Shown here: piece after piece, positions 45,089 to 53,742 of the stretch
Numbering within the stretch: position 1 is the first letter of the stretch
How the letters are laid out: each line of letters begins with the position of its first letter
IMG/VR virus record: IMGVR_UViG_3300032053_000013
Span: 32,001-96,000 of that record
DNA from: a virus
Length of the DNA stretch: 64,000 bases
Direction: 5' to 3' (one strand)
The notes under the pieces: generated by a model
Databases searched by the model: none
What the model was told of the DNA's origin: nothing
The model's input: only the letters and a program-made list of their open reading frames with translations
Made by a program: the position numbers and the translations under genes

Positions 45089-46600
45089 ATGAGAAGGCAG
45101 ACTTATTACACCCCAGGGGATAAATCTATATATGGGAACATCATTGACGAACTGGAAAGTGAGCGCGGCAGACTTGAGGCCGGATTTCAGACTGTCTTCT
45201 CCTCCGTAGAGCAGCTGATTCCTTCAGAGAACCTGAATTTTTACATCGACCCAACCAACGGGAATGACGCAACCGCCGATGGAGCGATAATCACCCCGTT
45301 TAAGACCTGGAAGGCTTTTTGGGAATCGAACGTCCTCCCGAAGGCCACAAGGAAATCCATCAACGTCAAGATCTTTCCAGGTGTTCTCGACTGGGTGTAC
45401 CTGTCGGGGATAAACGTCTACCAACCCGGATCCCTCAACATCTATGCGGACATGAAGCCTGCCGTCATCACGGGAATGAACCAAGGGACGGCTTCCGGTG
45501 GAACGACATACTCCCTCCAGAAAGCGGGAGCCGGGTGGGCACCAAACCAACTTGCCGGGAAGTCGTGGCGGATCACGGCTGGAACTCACATGTGGTACAG
45601 CGGGAAGATCGTTACCAACACGGCAACGGAGTTCTTCATCGCCCCTTTGATGGGGACGCCTATCGACGCCACGGACGTGTTCATCATCGAGGAATCAACG
45701 GTTCTGGTGAACCCCCCCCTGATGTATAACCATCCCAATCCCTTGACGGTGTACGATAGCAGAGGAAACATCAACATCCAAAACCTGGACTTCCAGGCCA
45801 ACGAGCACCGCTACCAGTATTACGCGGGAAGAATAACCAGGAGTGGCGACGGAATCATCTTCTTTAACTGCATGTTCAGGGGATCGAGTCCGGCGTCTCT
45901 CGCAGCATTGAAAGATCCTCTGTGGACATCTCGGGCACACGACTCGACGTTTTTTCTTTGCTCGTTCATCTCTCAGGAAGGAGTTACGACGGAGTCCATC
46001 ATTCAACACGACGGACCCACCAGTAAGATGGATTACTACGGATGCGCCTTTAACGATTGCATCCATGTCTACTACGGCATGGACCACCTCTCCATACAGA
46101 ACTGCCACCGCATACAGCGGGCAGGGAGCACAGGGAGCGACGTCCTCCGGACGGTCAACTACTTCCAGCCCATCAACAGTAGGATCGACTTCAATCTAAC
46201 CGGGGCGGGCATACGATTCGATGGCCCGTCCTGCATGGACGCCCGCTACACGCAATTCCTTCGGTCCAGCGGAAAGGGTCTGTGGACATACGGCTACTAC
46301 GGCGATGGTGTCCGCCTGTCTTTCATTGGGGGAGAAGTAGGGGGTTGCGTCGGGGATGGGATTGATGTGGGACCATGCTCTTCCGTGGCCATGGTTTCTC
46401 TTCTCACGAACCCAGCCGCCATCAACGGCGGGTGGGGGCTCAAACTCCGAAATGGAGCGAAGGCCGCATACGCCGGAGTCAGCTCTCTCAAGGGGGCATT
46501 GGGGGATGTGAACCTTGGAGACGGGGTAACCAATGTCCCGATAAATACGACAGCGACCGACACGACGCACCTAACTCGGATAGCGCCTTTCGGAGGGTAG
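45089..46600 (+). CDS. Tailspike/depolymerase-like beta-helix protein
   Basis: FYIDPTNGNDATADG...PFKTW, INVKIFPG, beta-helix repeats; markedly lower GC. Confidence 0.7.
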   Translation: MRRQTYYTPGDKSIYGNIIDELESERGRLEAGFQTVFSSVEQLIPSENLNFYIDPTNGNDATADGAIITPFKTWKAFWESNVLPKATRKSINVKIFPGVLDWVYLSGINVYQPGSLNIYADMKPAVITGMNQGTASGGTTYSLQKAGAGWAPNQLAGKSWRITAGTHMWYSGKIVTNTATEFFIAPLMGTPIDATDVFIIEESTVLVNPPLMYNHPNPLTVYDSRGNINIQNLDFQANEHRYQYYAGRITRSGDGIIFFNCMFRGSSPASLAALKDPLWTSRAHDSTFFLCSFISQEGVTTESIIQHDGPTSKMDYYGCAFNDCIHVYYGMDHLSIQNCHRIQRAGSTGSDVLRTVNYFQPINSRIDFNLTGAGIRFDGPSCMDARYTQFLRSSGKGLWTYGYYGDGVRLSFIGGEVGGCVGDGIDVGPCSSVAMVSLLTNPAAINGGWGLKLRNGAKAAYAGVSSLKGALGDVNLGDGVTNVPINTTATDTTHLTRIAPFGG

Positions 46601-46604
46601 GACT

Positions 46605-46832
46605 GTGATCATTGAAGATCAAGTGAAGACGTTGCTGCTGGCGGCGGAGAAAGCCGATCTGGCGGACAGGGATTCCTTGCTTTTTGGGGGTTTCTACCGG
46701 GAGCCGAATTCTTTCATGGAACGTCAAGTTAGAGTAAGGCTCTACGGAATTATCAGGGAGAACCATCTCGCGGAGGATGCACTTGATTCTTTGTGGGATC
46801 TACTCGGGCTGGAAAGACATCCTCCTGAATAA
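46605..46832 (+). CDS. Small hypothetical protein (low GC)
   Basis: 75 aa, coupled to the 45089 gene, same composition. Confidence 0.5.
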   Translation: MIIEDQVKTLLLAAEKADLADRDSLLFGGFYREPNSFMERQVRVRLYGIIRENHLAEDALDSLWDLLGLERHPPE

Positions 46833-46874
46833 GGGGATTTCAATAGGAACCTCGGTCCCTCTTTCTTTCCTGAT

Positions 46875-46908
46875 CCGCCGGGGGTTCGCGCCTCCGGCGG
46901 GTTTTTTT
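46875..46908 (+). terminator. Strong intrinsic terminator ending the late region
   Basis: CCGCCGGGGG-TTCGCG-CCTCCGGCGG followed by GTTTTTTT. Confidence 0.9.
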
Positions 46909-46919
46909 CGCCCAGGCTG

Positions 46920-46947
46920 TTGACGACTTGGGGAAAAGGGGTATAAT
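46920..46947 (+). promoter_or_regulatory. Early-type promoter TTGACG-N16-TATAAT (1)
   Basis: Read directly from sequence. Confidence 0.85.
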
Positions 46948-46975
46948 AAAGGAGTCAAGTGCAGGAGGGGACGAG

Positions 46976-47326
46976 ATGATGGCGACGGCGAGCAGGTCGG
47001 AGAGGGACGCCAGGCGGGCGAAGGTCCGCGAGGCCCTCAAGGCCATGATGGTGTTCTCGGACGACGACCCCGAGGTCGCGAAGTTCTCCGAGAAGGTCGC
47101 GGAGCTCCGGCACGAGTACCGGGAGGGGAGGCTCTTCGTGGGGAAGGACAGCCCCCCGAAGCACGAGATCCGCCGGTCGAAGACGGGCAACGTCTACTGC
47201 CGGTGCCCCGACTTCGCCTTCCGCCAGCGGGAGGGCCGGGCCGGGGGGACGGGGGTCTGCAAGCACGTAGCTTTTGCCTTGTGCATGGACCTGGAGATCC
47301 CGGCGACGGGGGAGGGCGGGCTGTAG
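46976..47326 (+). CDS. SWIM zinc-finger protein
   Basis: YCRCPDF...CKHV (CxCx n CxH). Confidence 0.85.
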   Translation: MMATASRSERDARRAKVREALKAMMVFSDDDPEVAKFSEKVAELRHEYREGRLFVGKDSPPKHEIRRSKTGNVYCRCPDFAFRQREGRAGGTGVCKHVAFALCMDLEIPATGEGGL

Positions 47327-47340
47327 GAGCCCCTTTTTTT
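47318..47340 (+). terminator. Possible terminator after SWIM gene
   Basis: GGGCT-GTAGG-AGCCC then C and T7; short stem. Confidence 0.45.
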
Positions 47341-47352
47341 CGCGGAATCTTG

Positions 47353-47380
47353 TTGACGAAAGCAGGAAAGCCCGTATAAT
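47353..47380 (+). promoter_or_regulatory. Early-type promoter TTGACG-N16-TATAAT (2)
   Basis: TTGACGAAAGCAGGAAAGCCCGTATAAT. Confidence 0.85.
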
Positions 47381-47423
47381 AGAGGCGTGAGGTAGAGGTA
47401 GTCGAGAAGGAAGGAGACGGGCC

Positions 47424-48515
47424 ATGCGGATCGGAGAGGTCGCGAACGTGATACGGGCTCACGAGGCCGCGGGGAACGCGGTCATGCTGTGGGCCCCCCC
47501 GGGCGTGGGGAAGTCGGCCCTGGTCCGACAGATGTGCGAGGAGGACGGGATCGAGTGCATCGACATCCGCCTCTCCCTCCTGAACCCGGTCGACCTCCGC
47601 GGGATCCCGGTGGTGCGCGGGGACAAGGTCGAGTGGGTGCCCCCCGTGTTCCTGGTCAAGCGCGGCCCCTGCCGGTTCTTCCTCGACGAGATCAACTGCG
47701 CGCCCCCGGCCACCCAGGCGGCGGCGTATCAGTGGATCCTCGACGGGCGGATCGGCGAGTGGTCCATGGACAAGACGGTCGAGAACGGCCGCCCCCGGCA
47801 GACGATCATCGCGGCCGGGAACAGGGCCTCGGACCAGGCGGTCGTCCACCAGATGCCCGCCCCCCTGCGCAACCGCATGGCCCACGTGGAGGTGGAGCCC
47901 CACCTCGACGACTGGCGCGAGTGGGCGTGGGCGCACGGGGTCGACTCCGGCGTCATCAACTTCCTCGCCTTCACCTCGCGGATCGGGGTGGGGATCAACG
48001 AGAAGTCGGCCTGGGGCCTGCTCTTCTTCTTCGACCCGAAGGTCCATGCCTCCGGGTCCTTCCCGACCCCCCGGTCGTGGGAGCAGGTGAGCAGGTTCAT
48101 CACGGCGAACCCGAAGCTCCGGACGAACACCGAGGCGGTCGCCGGGATGGTCGGGGCGGCGGTGGCGCAGAAGTTCACGGCCTTCATGAAGGTGGCGGAC
48201 AAGCTCCCGAGCGCGGACCGGGTCCTCGACGGGGACATGGGGCTGGCGCCCCCGGCCGAGCCCTCCGCCCTGTACGCCTTCTGCGGCGCCCTGTCGGCGG
48301 CCCTGATCCGCCGGGACAAGGCGACGCGGGGGAAGGCCATGGAGAACGTCGCCTCCTACTGCGCGAAGCACTGGTCGGGCGACGCTGAGTTCGCGATCCT
48401 CACGATGCGCGACTTCGGGCGGACGGCGGAGTTCCGGGAGGTCTACCGCGGCGTCCTGACCTCGAAGGGCTGGAAGGACTTCTCGAAGGTCTTCGGGAAC
48501 CTGCTCCAGGAGTGA
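47424..48515 (+). CDS. MoxR/dynein-related AAA+ ATPase
   Basis: WAPPGVGKS Walker A, DIRLSLLNPVDLRGIP, FFLDEIN Walker B, AAGN sensor, PLRNR arginine finger, PTPRSWE. Confidence 0.92.
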   Translation: MRIGEVANVIRAHEAAGNAVMLWAPPGVGKSALVRQMCEEDGIECIDIRLSLLNPVDLRGIPVVRGDKVEWVPPVFLVKRGPCRFFLDEINCAPPATQAAAYQWILDGRIGEWSMDKTVENGRPRQTIIAAGNRASDQAVVHQMPAPLRNRMAHVEVEPHLDDWREWAWAHGVDSGVINFLAFTSRIGVGINEKSAWGLLFFFDPKVHASGSFPTPRSWEQVSRFITANPKLRTNTEAVAGMVGAAVAQKFTAFMKVADKLPSADRVLDGDMGLAPPAEPSALYAFCGALSAALIRRDKATRGKAMENVASYCAKHWSGDAEFAILTMRDFGRTAEFREVYRGVLTSKGWKDFSKVFGNLLQE

Positions 48516-48522
48516 GCGGGAG

Positions 48523-48870
48523 ATGGGGGGGAAGATGGACGCGGCGAAGGAAGCAAAGGGGATCCTCGGCGGGACGTCGAAGAGCGGGGCCCCGAAGGGG
48601 AGGGCCGAGGCGGAGGCGCTCCGGTGCTCCCTGGTGGCGGCCCTGGTGGGGATGCCGAAGGCGGAGCGGGCCGAGGCCACGAAGGCCCTCGCCCTCCACC
48701 TCGCCCGGCACTGGTCGGGGAAGGGCGACCGGAGGGCGGCTCTCGAGGTCGTGGCGGCCTTCGGCAGGACCCCGGAGTACCGGGAGGTCTACAAGAGCCT
48801 CCTCACCTCCGTGGCCTGGGTGGAGTTCTCCAGGCAGTTCTCGGGGGACATCGCCGAGATCCTCGCTTGA
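48523..48870 (+). CDS. Stand-alone paralogue of the AAA ATPase C-terminal helical domain
   Basis: HWSG...FGRT.EYREVY..LLTS..W..FS..F aligns with the end of the 47424 protein. Confidence 0.75.
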   Translation: MGGKMDAAKEAKGILGGTSKSGAPKGRAEAEALRCSLVAALVGMPKAERAEATKALALHLARHWSGKGDRRAALEVVAAFGRTPEYREVYKSLLTSVAWVEFSRQFSGDIAEILA

Positions 48871-48894
48871 CGAAAGCAGGAAAGCCTGTATAAT
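48867..48894 (+). promoter_or_regulatory. Early-type promoter TTGACG-N16-TATAAT (3)
   Basis: Differs from promoter 2 by 1 nt; its TGA is the stop codon of the upstream gene. Confidence 0.85.
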
Positions 48895-48921
48895 AGTGGT
48901 GTCTTGTGAGGAGGCAGGGAC

Positions 48922-50511
48922 ATGGCAGAGGAGAGAGGTCCGCTGGTCAAGGCGGGGGTCCAGCTCGTCCTGAACCACCCCTTCTTCGGGGTGCTCTTCT
49001 GCCACCTGCGGAAGGTGCCGCTGTCCGCCAGCCGCATGGTCGCCATCTGCGGGATGCCGACGGCGGCGGTCGACGGCAAGACGATCTTCTACAACGAGGA
49101 GTGGGTCGGGAAGCTGCCGGAGAAGGCCCGCATGGGCCTCCTGGCGCACGAGGTCCTCCACCCCGCCCTCGGCCACCTCTGGCGCCGGGGCAACAGGCAC
49201 CTCGAGCTGTGGAACTGCGCGGTGGACTTCGCGGCGAACGACATCATCAAGCGCATGATCCCGAACGTGGAGCTGCCGGACGGCGGGCTCTACGACTCCC
49301 GCTTCCAGGGGATGGCGGCCGAGCAGATCTACTCGATCCTGGAGAAGGAGGCGAGGAAGATCACGCGGCCCGGAGGGGGCGACGGCCACCTGGAGAAGAC
49401 CGTGCGGGACGGGCAGGACCCGAAGGGCGGGAAGGGGAGGCAGAAGGCCGGCGGCAAGCCGGAGGAGAAGAAGGGGAAGGGCGCGGGGAAGGGGGAGGAG
49501 AAGGGGAAGAAGGGGAAGGGCGCCGGGGGGAAGAAGGCGAAGGAGGAGAAGGGGGACGAGGATGGCGAGGGGGACGCCGACCCCGAGGACGGGAAGTCCG
49601 ACAGCCTAACGGAGGCGGAGAGCAAGGCCGAGGGGCAGAAGGGCAAGGGGAAGGACGGGCAGGAGGGGGAAGACGGGGAGGGGTCGGAGGAGGACGGGGA
49701 GGGGGAGGGCAAGGGCGGGAAGGGCAAGGGCGAGGGCAAGGGCGAGGGCGAGGGCCAGGCACCGGCCGAGCAGCAGGAGGGGGAGGGCGGGGGCGAGGAG
49801 AGCGACACGGGGGAGATGGAGGACGGGCCCGAGGAGAGCATGGAGCAGCACTGGAGGGACGTGCTGGTCCAGGCCGCGATGGTCGCGAAGCAGAAGGGCA
49901 ACCTCCCGGCCCAGCTCGCCCGCCTGGTCGAGGACGTCACGGCCCCGAAGGTCCCGTGGCAGGCGATCATCGAGCAGTTCCTCACGGAGGTCCTGCGCGA
50001 CGACTACGACATGATGAAGCAGGACCGCCGGTTCATCGAGCAGGGGATCTACTTCCCCGACCTCCAGTCGAACGCGACGAGCGTGGCGGTGGCGGTGGAC
50101 ACGAGCGGCTCGATCGGCAAGAGGGAGCTGGTCGCCTTCGTGAGCGAGATGACGGGCCTCCTCCGGTGCAGGGGGATCGCGAGCATGAGGGTCATGGCGT
50201 GCGACGCGGAGGTCACCCTGGACGAGACGCTCGGCCCGACGGACCCCCTGCCGGAGAACTACCCCGGAGGCGGCGGGACCGACTTCCGCCCGGTCTTCAA
50301 GCGGCTGCGGGACGGGATGCAGTCGGGGGAGCGCCCCGCCCTCCTGGTCTACCTCACGGACGGGTGCGGGACCTACCCGGAGAGGGACGAGCTGGGGATC
50401 CCGGTCATCTGGATGATGACGACCGACGCCTACCGCAAGGAGGAGAGCCTTCCGGAGCCGCCGTTCGGGGTGCGGATCCCCTACGAGATCGGGGGGAGGG
50501 ACGACGAGTGA
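48922..50511 (+). CDS. Metallopeptidase-like (HExxH) + low-complexity linker + VWA-like protein (DUF2201 type)
   Basis: PTAAVDG..IFYN, LLAHEVLH, WN.A.D.A.N; VAVAVDTSGS MIDAS, GGGGTDFRP, VYLTDG. Confidence 0.9.
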   Translation: MAEERGPLVKAGVQLVLNHPFFGVLFCHLRKVPLSASRMVAICGMPTAAVDGKTIFYNEEWVGKLPEKARMGLLAHEVLHPALGHLWRRGNRHLELWNCAVDFAANDIIKRMIPNVELPDGGLYDSRFQGMAAEQIYSILEKEARKITRPGGGDGHLEKTVRDGQDPKGGKGRQKAGGKPEEKKGKGAGKGEEKGKKGKGAGGKKAKEEKGDEDGEGDADPEDGKSDSLTEAESKAEGQKGKGKDGQEGEDGEGSEEDGEGEGKGGKGKGEGKGEGEGQAPAEQQEGEGGGEESDTGEMEDGPEESMEQHWRDVLVQAAMVAKQKGNLPAQLARLVEDVTAPKVPWQAIIEQFLTEVLRDDYDMMKQDRRFIEQGIYFPDLQSNATSVAVAVDTSGSIGKRELVAFVSEMTGLLRCRGIASMRVMACDAEVTLDETLGPTDPLPENYPGGGGTDFRPVFKRLRDGMQSGERPALLVYLTDGCGTYPERDELGIPVIWMMTTDAYRKEESLPEPPFGVRIPYEIGGRDDE

Positions 50512-51245
50512 GTGGCGAGGAGGAGGCGGTCGGCGAGGGCGGGGACGAGGGCGTCTTCGTCCCGTACACGGAGGTGAGGAGGGAGGCCCTCGGCTTCCTG
50601 GCCTCGTCCGGGTACCGGCTGGAGGCCGACGCGATGGACGCGTCGTGGGGGAGCACGGCGGACGGGAACTGGGAGAGGAAGGTAGCCGAGCGGGACGTCG
50701 AGCCGGGCGTCCTGATCCACGTGACGGAGAGGCCGCCGAACCCGGAGATCCGGGTCTACCTGGTCCGGGTGCTCGGGGGGATTTCCAAGCCCATCAGCAG
50801 GCCCAGGAAGATGTCGTACCGGAACCCCGAGCGGGTGCGGGCGTACCTGCCGAGGGTGGAGGCGGATCTGCTGGAGGGGCTGCGGACGCGGTGCCCCCAC
50901 TGCGGGGGCCCGATGGCGGAGAGGAAGGTCAAGAACCCGGAGTCGAAGAACGCGGGGAAGACCTTCCTGGGGTGCCTCCGGTACCCCGAGTGCCGGGGCG
51001 CGGTCGCGGAGTGGATCCCGAGGGCGGCCTCCGACGACGGGAAGATGGTCGGGGCGGCCTGCCCGGACTGCGGGTCCCCCCTGGTCGTCCGGTACGTGAA
51101 GAGGGAGGACCTGCCGCACCGGGGCCAGTCGTTCATCGGGTGCTCCGGCTACCCCAAGTGCAGGAGGATCGTCACGCGGGAGGAGCTCATGGCGCTGAGG
51201 TTCATGGCGCCGAGGGAGGAGGGGGAGGGCGAGCCGGCCTTTTGA
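50508..51245 (+). CDS. Protein with two topoisomerase I-type C4 Zn ribbons
   Basis: CPHCGGPM...FLGCLRYPECR and CPDCGSPLVVR...FIGCSGYPKCR; GTG start at 50508. Confidence 0.85.
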   Translation: MSGEEEAVGEGGDEGVFVPYTEVRREALGFLASSGYRLEADAMDASWGSTADGNWERKVAERDVEPGVLIHVTERPPNPEIRVYLVRVLGGISKPISRPRKMSYRNPERVRAYLPRVEADLLEGLRTRCPHCGGPMAERKVKNPESKNAGKTFLGCLRYPECRGAVAEWIPRAASDDGKMVGAACPDCGSPLVVRYVKREDLPHRGQSFIGCSGYPKCRRIVTREELMALRFMAPREEGEGEPAF

Positions 51246-51269
51246 CGAAACGAGGAAAGCCCGTATAAT
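51242..51269 (+). promoter_or_regulatory. Early-type promoter TTGACG-N16-TATAAT (4)
   Basis: TTGACGAAACGAGGAAAGCCCGTATAAT; its TGA is the upstream stop codon. Confidence 0.85.
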
Positions 51270-51320
51270 AAAGGTGCGAGCGGGTTGCGGAGGACGTGGG
51301 GCCAAGAGAAGGAGGGGACC

Positions 51321-51914
51321 ATGAGCGGGCTGAGCGAGATTGGGATCCTGCACTACGACATCCCCGGAGGGCTGAACTGCTTCTGGTACCGGCTCCAGCG
51401 CGTCCTGCGGTCGGGCCGGGCTCTCCAGGCGTCCAAGTCGGTGTACCTGGTCAACTGGGCGGACGTGCCGAAGGTCCAGGAGCTGATCGACGGGGCCAAG
51501 AAGGCCTTCGCGGAGAAGTACCCCGAGCGCGTGGGCGGGCTCTGGGGCCTCAGGATGTCCTTCCTCAAGTTCGACGACGCGACTGCCGAGGAGGCGCGGG
51601 CGATGGCCGTGGACGGCCTGTCACGCCTCATCTCCGAGATCGGGGCCGCACTCAAGGCCCGGATCGAGAAGATGAGGGAGTACGGCGAGGAGGACCTGCC
51701 CCAGCGCGTGAAGCGGTCCTTCGCCCAGCGCGTCCAGGAGTGCGAGGGCCTGGCGGTCGCCTTCCGCCTCATGGAGGAGGTCGAGGTCGCCCTCGACGCG
51801 GTCAAGAAGGTCGTGGTCGCCGAGGTCGGCGCCGATGTCTACGCCACGGTGGCGGACGGGAAGCGGATGAAGCCCCGCCGGGCGAAGAAGGAGCCGTGCG
51901 GGTCGGCGGCGTGA
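51321..51914 (+). CDS. Protein with N-terminal Cas2/PaaX/ChrB-N-like ferredoxin fold and helical C-terminus
   Basis: ILHYDIP...RLQRVL..GRALQASKSVYLV pattern; SD AAGGAGG. Confidence 0.5.
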   Translation: MSGLSEIGILHYDIPGGLNCFWYRLQRVLRSGRALQASKSVYLVNWADVPKVQELIDGAKKAFAEKYPERVGGLWGLRMSFLKFDDATAEEARAMAVDGLSRLISEIGAALKARIEKMREYGEEDLPQRVKRSFAQRVQECEGLAVAFRLMEEVEVALDAVKKVVVAEVGADVYATVADGKRMKPRRAKKEPCGSAA

Positions 51915-51957
51915 ACGAGGACGCGGCGGGAGCCGCGGGGCCCCGCCGCCGTTTCGG

Positions 51958-52731
51958 GTGAGGGAGATGATCGACAGGAGCCTTCTCGGACGCGGGTGGA
52001 AGCCGTACAGGGGGTGCTGCCTGCTCGGCTTGATTGAGCCCCGCCTCGTCGACCGGGTCGGGTACGAGGTCGACTTCGAGGGGGCGTGCCGGATCGTGGC
52101 GAGGGAGGCCGTTTCTTCCCTTCCGGGGGAGGCATCGACCGACTGGGACGATGTACGGCAGGACAAGGAGTTTGACGCCAAGATCGTCTCGACTCACCCC
52201 AAGCTGTGGCGGTACTGGGACGACCGGGGAAACATCCGTAAGCACCTGGAGGACGTCCTGGGCGAGGCCCTCGGGGGCGGGGAGGTCGGGGGACTTCTCC
52301 GGCACGCCAACGTCTCCTCCATTCTGGAGGTGCTGGACCACGCCGTAGTGAGGACCATGGCCCTGGACCGCCTGCGGGCGAGGATCCGCGACGGGGAGGA
52401 GCGCAAGATCTGGTTCACCAAGCCGCCGGAGACGATGATGCTTCCAGACGCCCATGAAATCTGGCGGGGGCCGTGGAAGGTCCTGGGCTGGAGGAGGGCG
52501 TACACGGGGGTCTACTACCCGTCATCGGGGGACGGGGAGGGCTTCGATCCCGCTGGTCTCGCCAGGACCAAGGCCCACACGATCCTGAAGATCACCTACG
52601 TCGGGGAATGGGCCGGGTGGGGCGAGCATGTCGCCCTGAAGGAGGACACCTACCCGTGGAACAGCGAGGAGGTGGCCATGCGTATGATGGAGGAGCCCGC
52701 CGAGTCGGGCGCCGGGACGGATGGAAATTAG
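51958..52731 (+). CDS. Hypothetical protein
   Basis: 257 aa, phage-like codon use. Confidence 0.65.
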   Translation: MREMIDRSLLGRGWKPYRGCCLLGLIEPRLVDRVGYEVDFEGACRIVAREAVSSLPGEASTDWDDVRQDKEFDAKIVSTHPKLWRYWDDRGNIRKHLEDVLGEALGGGEVGGLLRHANVSSILEVLDHAVVRTMALDRLRARIRDGEERKIWFTKPPETMMLPDAHEIWRGPWKVLGWRRAYTGVYYPSSGDGEGFDPAGLARTKAHTILKITYVGEWAGWGEHVALKEDTYPWNSEEVAMRMMEEPAESGAGTDGN

Positions 52732-52917
52732 GTGGGGAGGTGCTGCATGCCGGAGGTGAAGTGCCCCCGGTGCGGGGAGGAGATGAGGGACGGGAAGTGC
52801 CGGGCCTGCGGGGCCTGGATGGACTCCTACGGGATCGTCCACGCCGAGGGCTGCCAGGGCGGGTTCCACGAGGAGTGCCCGGGGGAGCCGAGGGGCAAGC
52901 CCAGGAAAAGGTCTTGA
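52732..52917 (+). CDS. Small Zn-finger protein
   Basis: CPRC, CRAC, His/Cys-rich. Confidence 0.55.
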   Translation: MGRCCMPEVKCPRCGEEMRDGKCRACGAWMDSYGIVHAEGCQGGFHEECPGEPRGKPRKRS

Positions 52918-52941
52918 CGAAAGTCGGATCGGGGATATAAT
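52914..52941 (+). promoter_or_regulatory. Early-type promoter TTGACG-N16-TATAAT (5)
   Basis: Its TGA is the upstream stop codon; ATG 52948 lies 6 nt after the -10 box (leaderless). Confidence 0.85.
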
Positions 52942-52947
52942 AATCGC

Positions 52948-53742
52948 ATGGTGGACGGCGCTCATCTCGTGGACGTAAGCCTCTCCGCCCCCATGTTCGG
53001 GGCGACGAGGGCGGAGGACTTCGCCAGGATGAAGGTGGCGGGGTTCCTCCTGAGGGACTACCTGTACATCAAGATCCTCTTCAAGGAGCGGAAGGCCCCG
53101 TTCGTGCGGTACAGGTTGGAGAAGGGGATGGGGTGGGCCGAGTGCCGCGTGTCGATGCGGGTGGTCGGGTTCCCCCACGAGGACAAGTTCAACGTCAGGT
53201 CCGTGCAGGTGAGGGACCCGCTCGACCGGGCGCTTGTCGGGATGGACTGGTTCTACGAGACCGAGGCGGTGCGCTTCAGGGACGCGGAGGAGGAGGCGGT
53301 GTTCGGGTTCGCGGTGGGGGCCTTCGTGGTCCTAAGGAAGGCCGGGGCCATCCCAGGCAGGCTCACGAAGACGGGGTTCGCGAGGAAGGCGATCGAGTGG
53401 CTCGGCCAGTTCAGGGCGTGGAGGGACGCCGGGTTCCCCGAGGGGGCCGTGGCACCTGAGCCGAAGAAGGAGGGGCCGGATGCCGGAGATCACGGTGATC
53501 CTGGACGGGAAGGACTTCCGGAGGCTGGTGGCGGGGAGGGCGGTGGAGACGGAGGTCAGGGTCAGGGACGTACAGTGCTGGATCAGGATCGGGATGGGGG
53601 AGCTCGACTTCAAGGCGATGGTCGAGGCGATCAGGGACGCGATGGACGGGCTGGGACATGCACCTCCAGACGGCGAAAAACAGGAGCAAGAACCGCCTCA
53701 AGGAGCAGCTCCTCGAAGCGAGGAACCGCGTCGCGGAGATGA
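52948..53742 (+). CDS. Hypothetical protein (C-terminal third overlaps downstream genes)
   Basis: First ~170 aa look globular. Confidence 0.6.
   Translation: MVDGAHLVDVSLSAPMFGATRAEDFARMKVAGFLLRDYLYIKILFKERKAPFVRYRLEKGMGWAECRVSMRVVGFPHEDKFNVRSVQVRDPLDRALVGMDWFYETEAVRFRDAEEEAVFGFAVGAFVVLRKAGAIPGRLTKTGFARKAIEWLGQFRAWRDAGFPEGAVAPEPKKEGPDAGDHGDPGREGLPEAGGGEGGGDGGQGQGRTVLDQDRDGGARLQGDGRGDQGRDGRAGTCTSRRRKTGARTASRSSSSKRGTASRR

Noticed and set aside
51321-51914. CRISPR-Cas locus around the Cas2-like gene
   Set aside because: No repeat-spacer array or other cas genes seen anywhere in the window.
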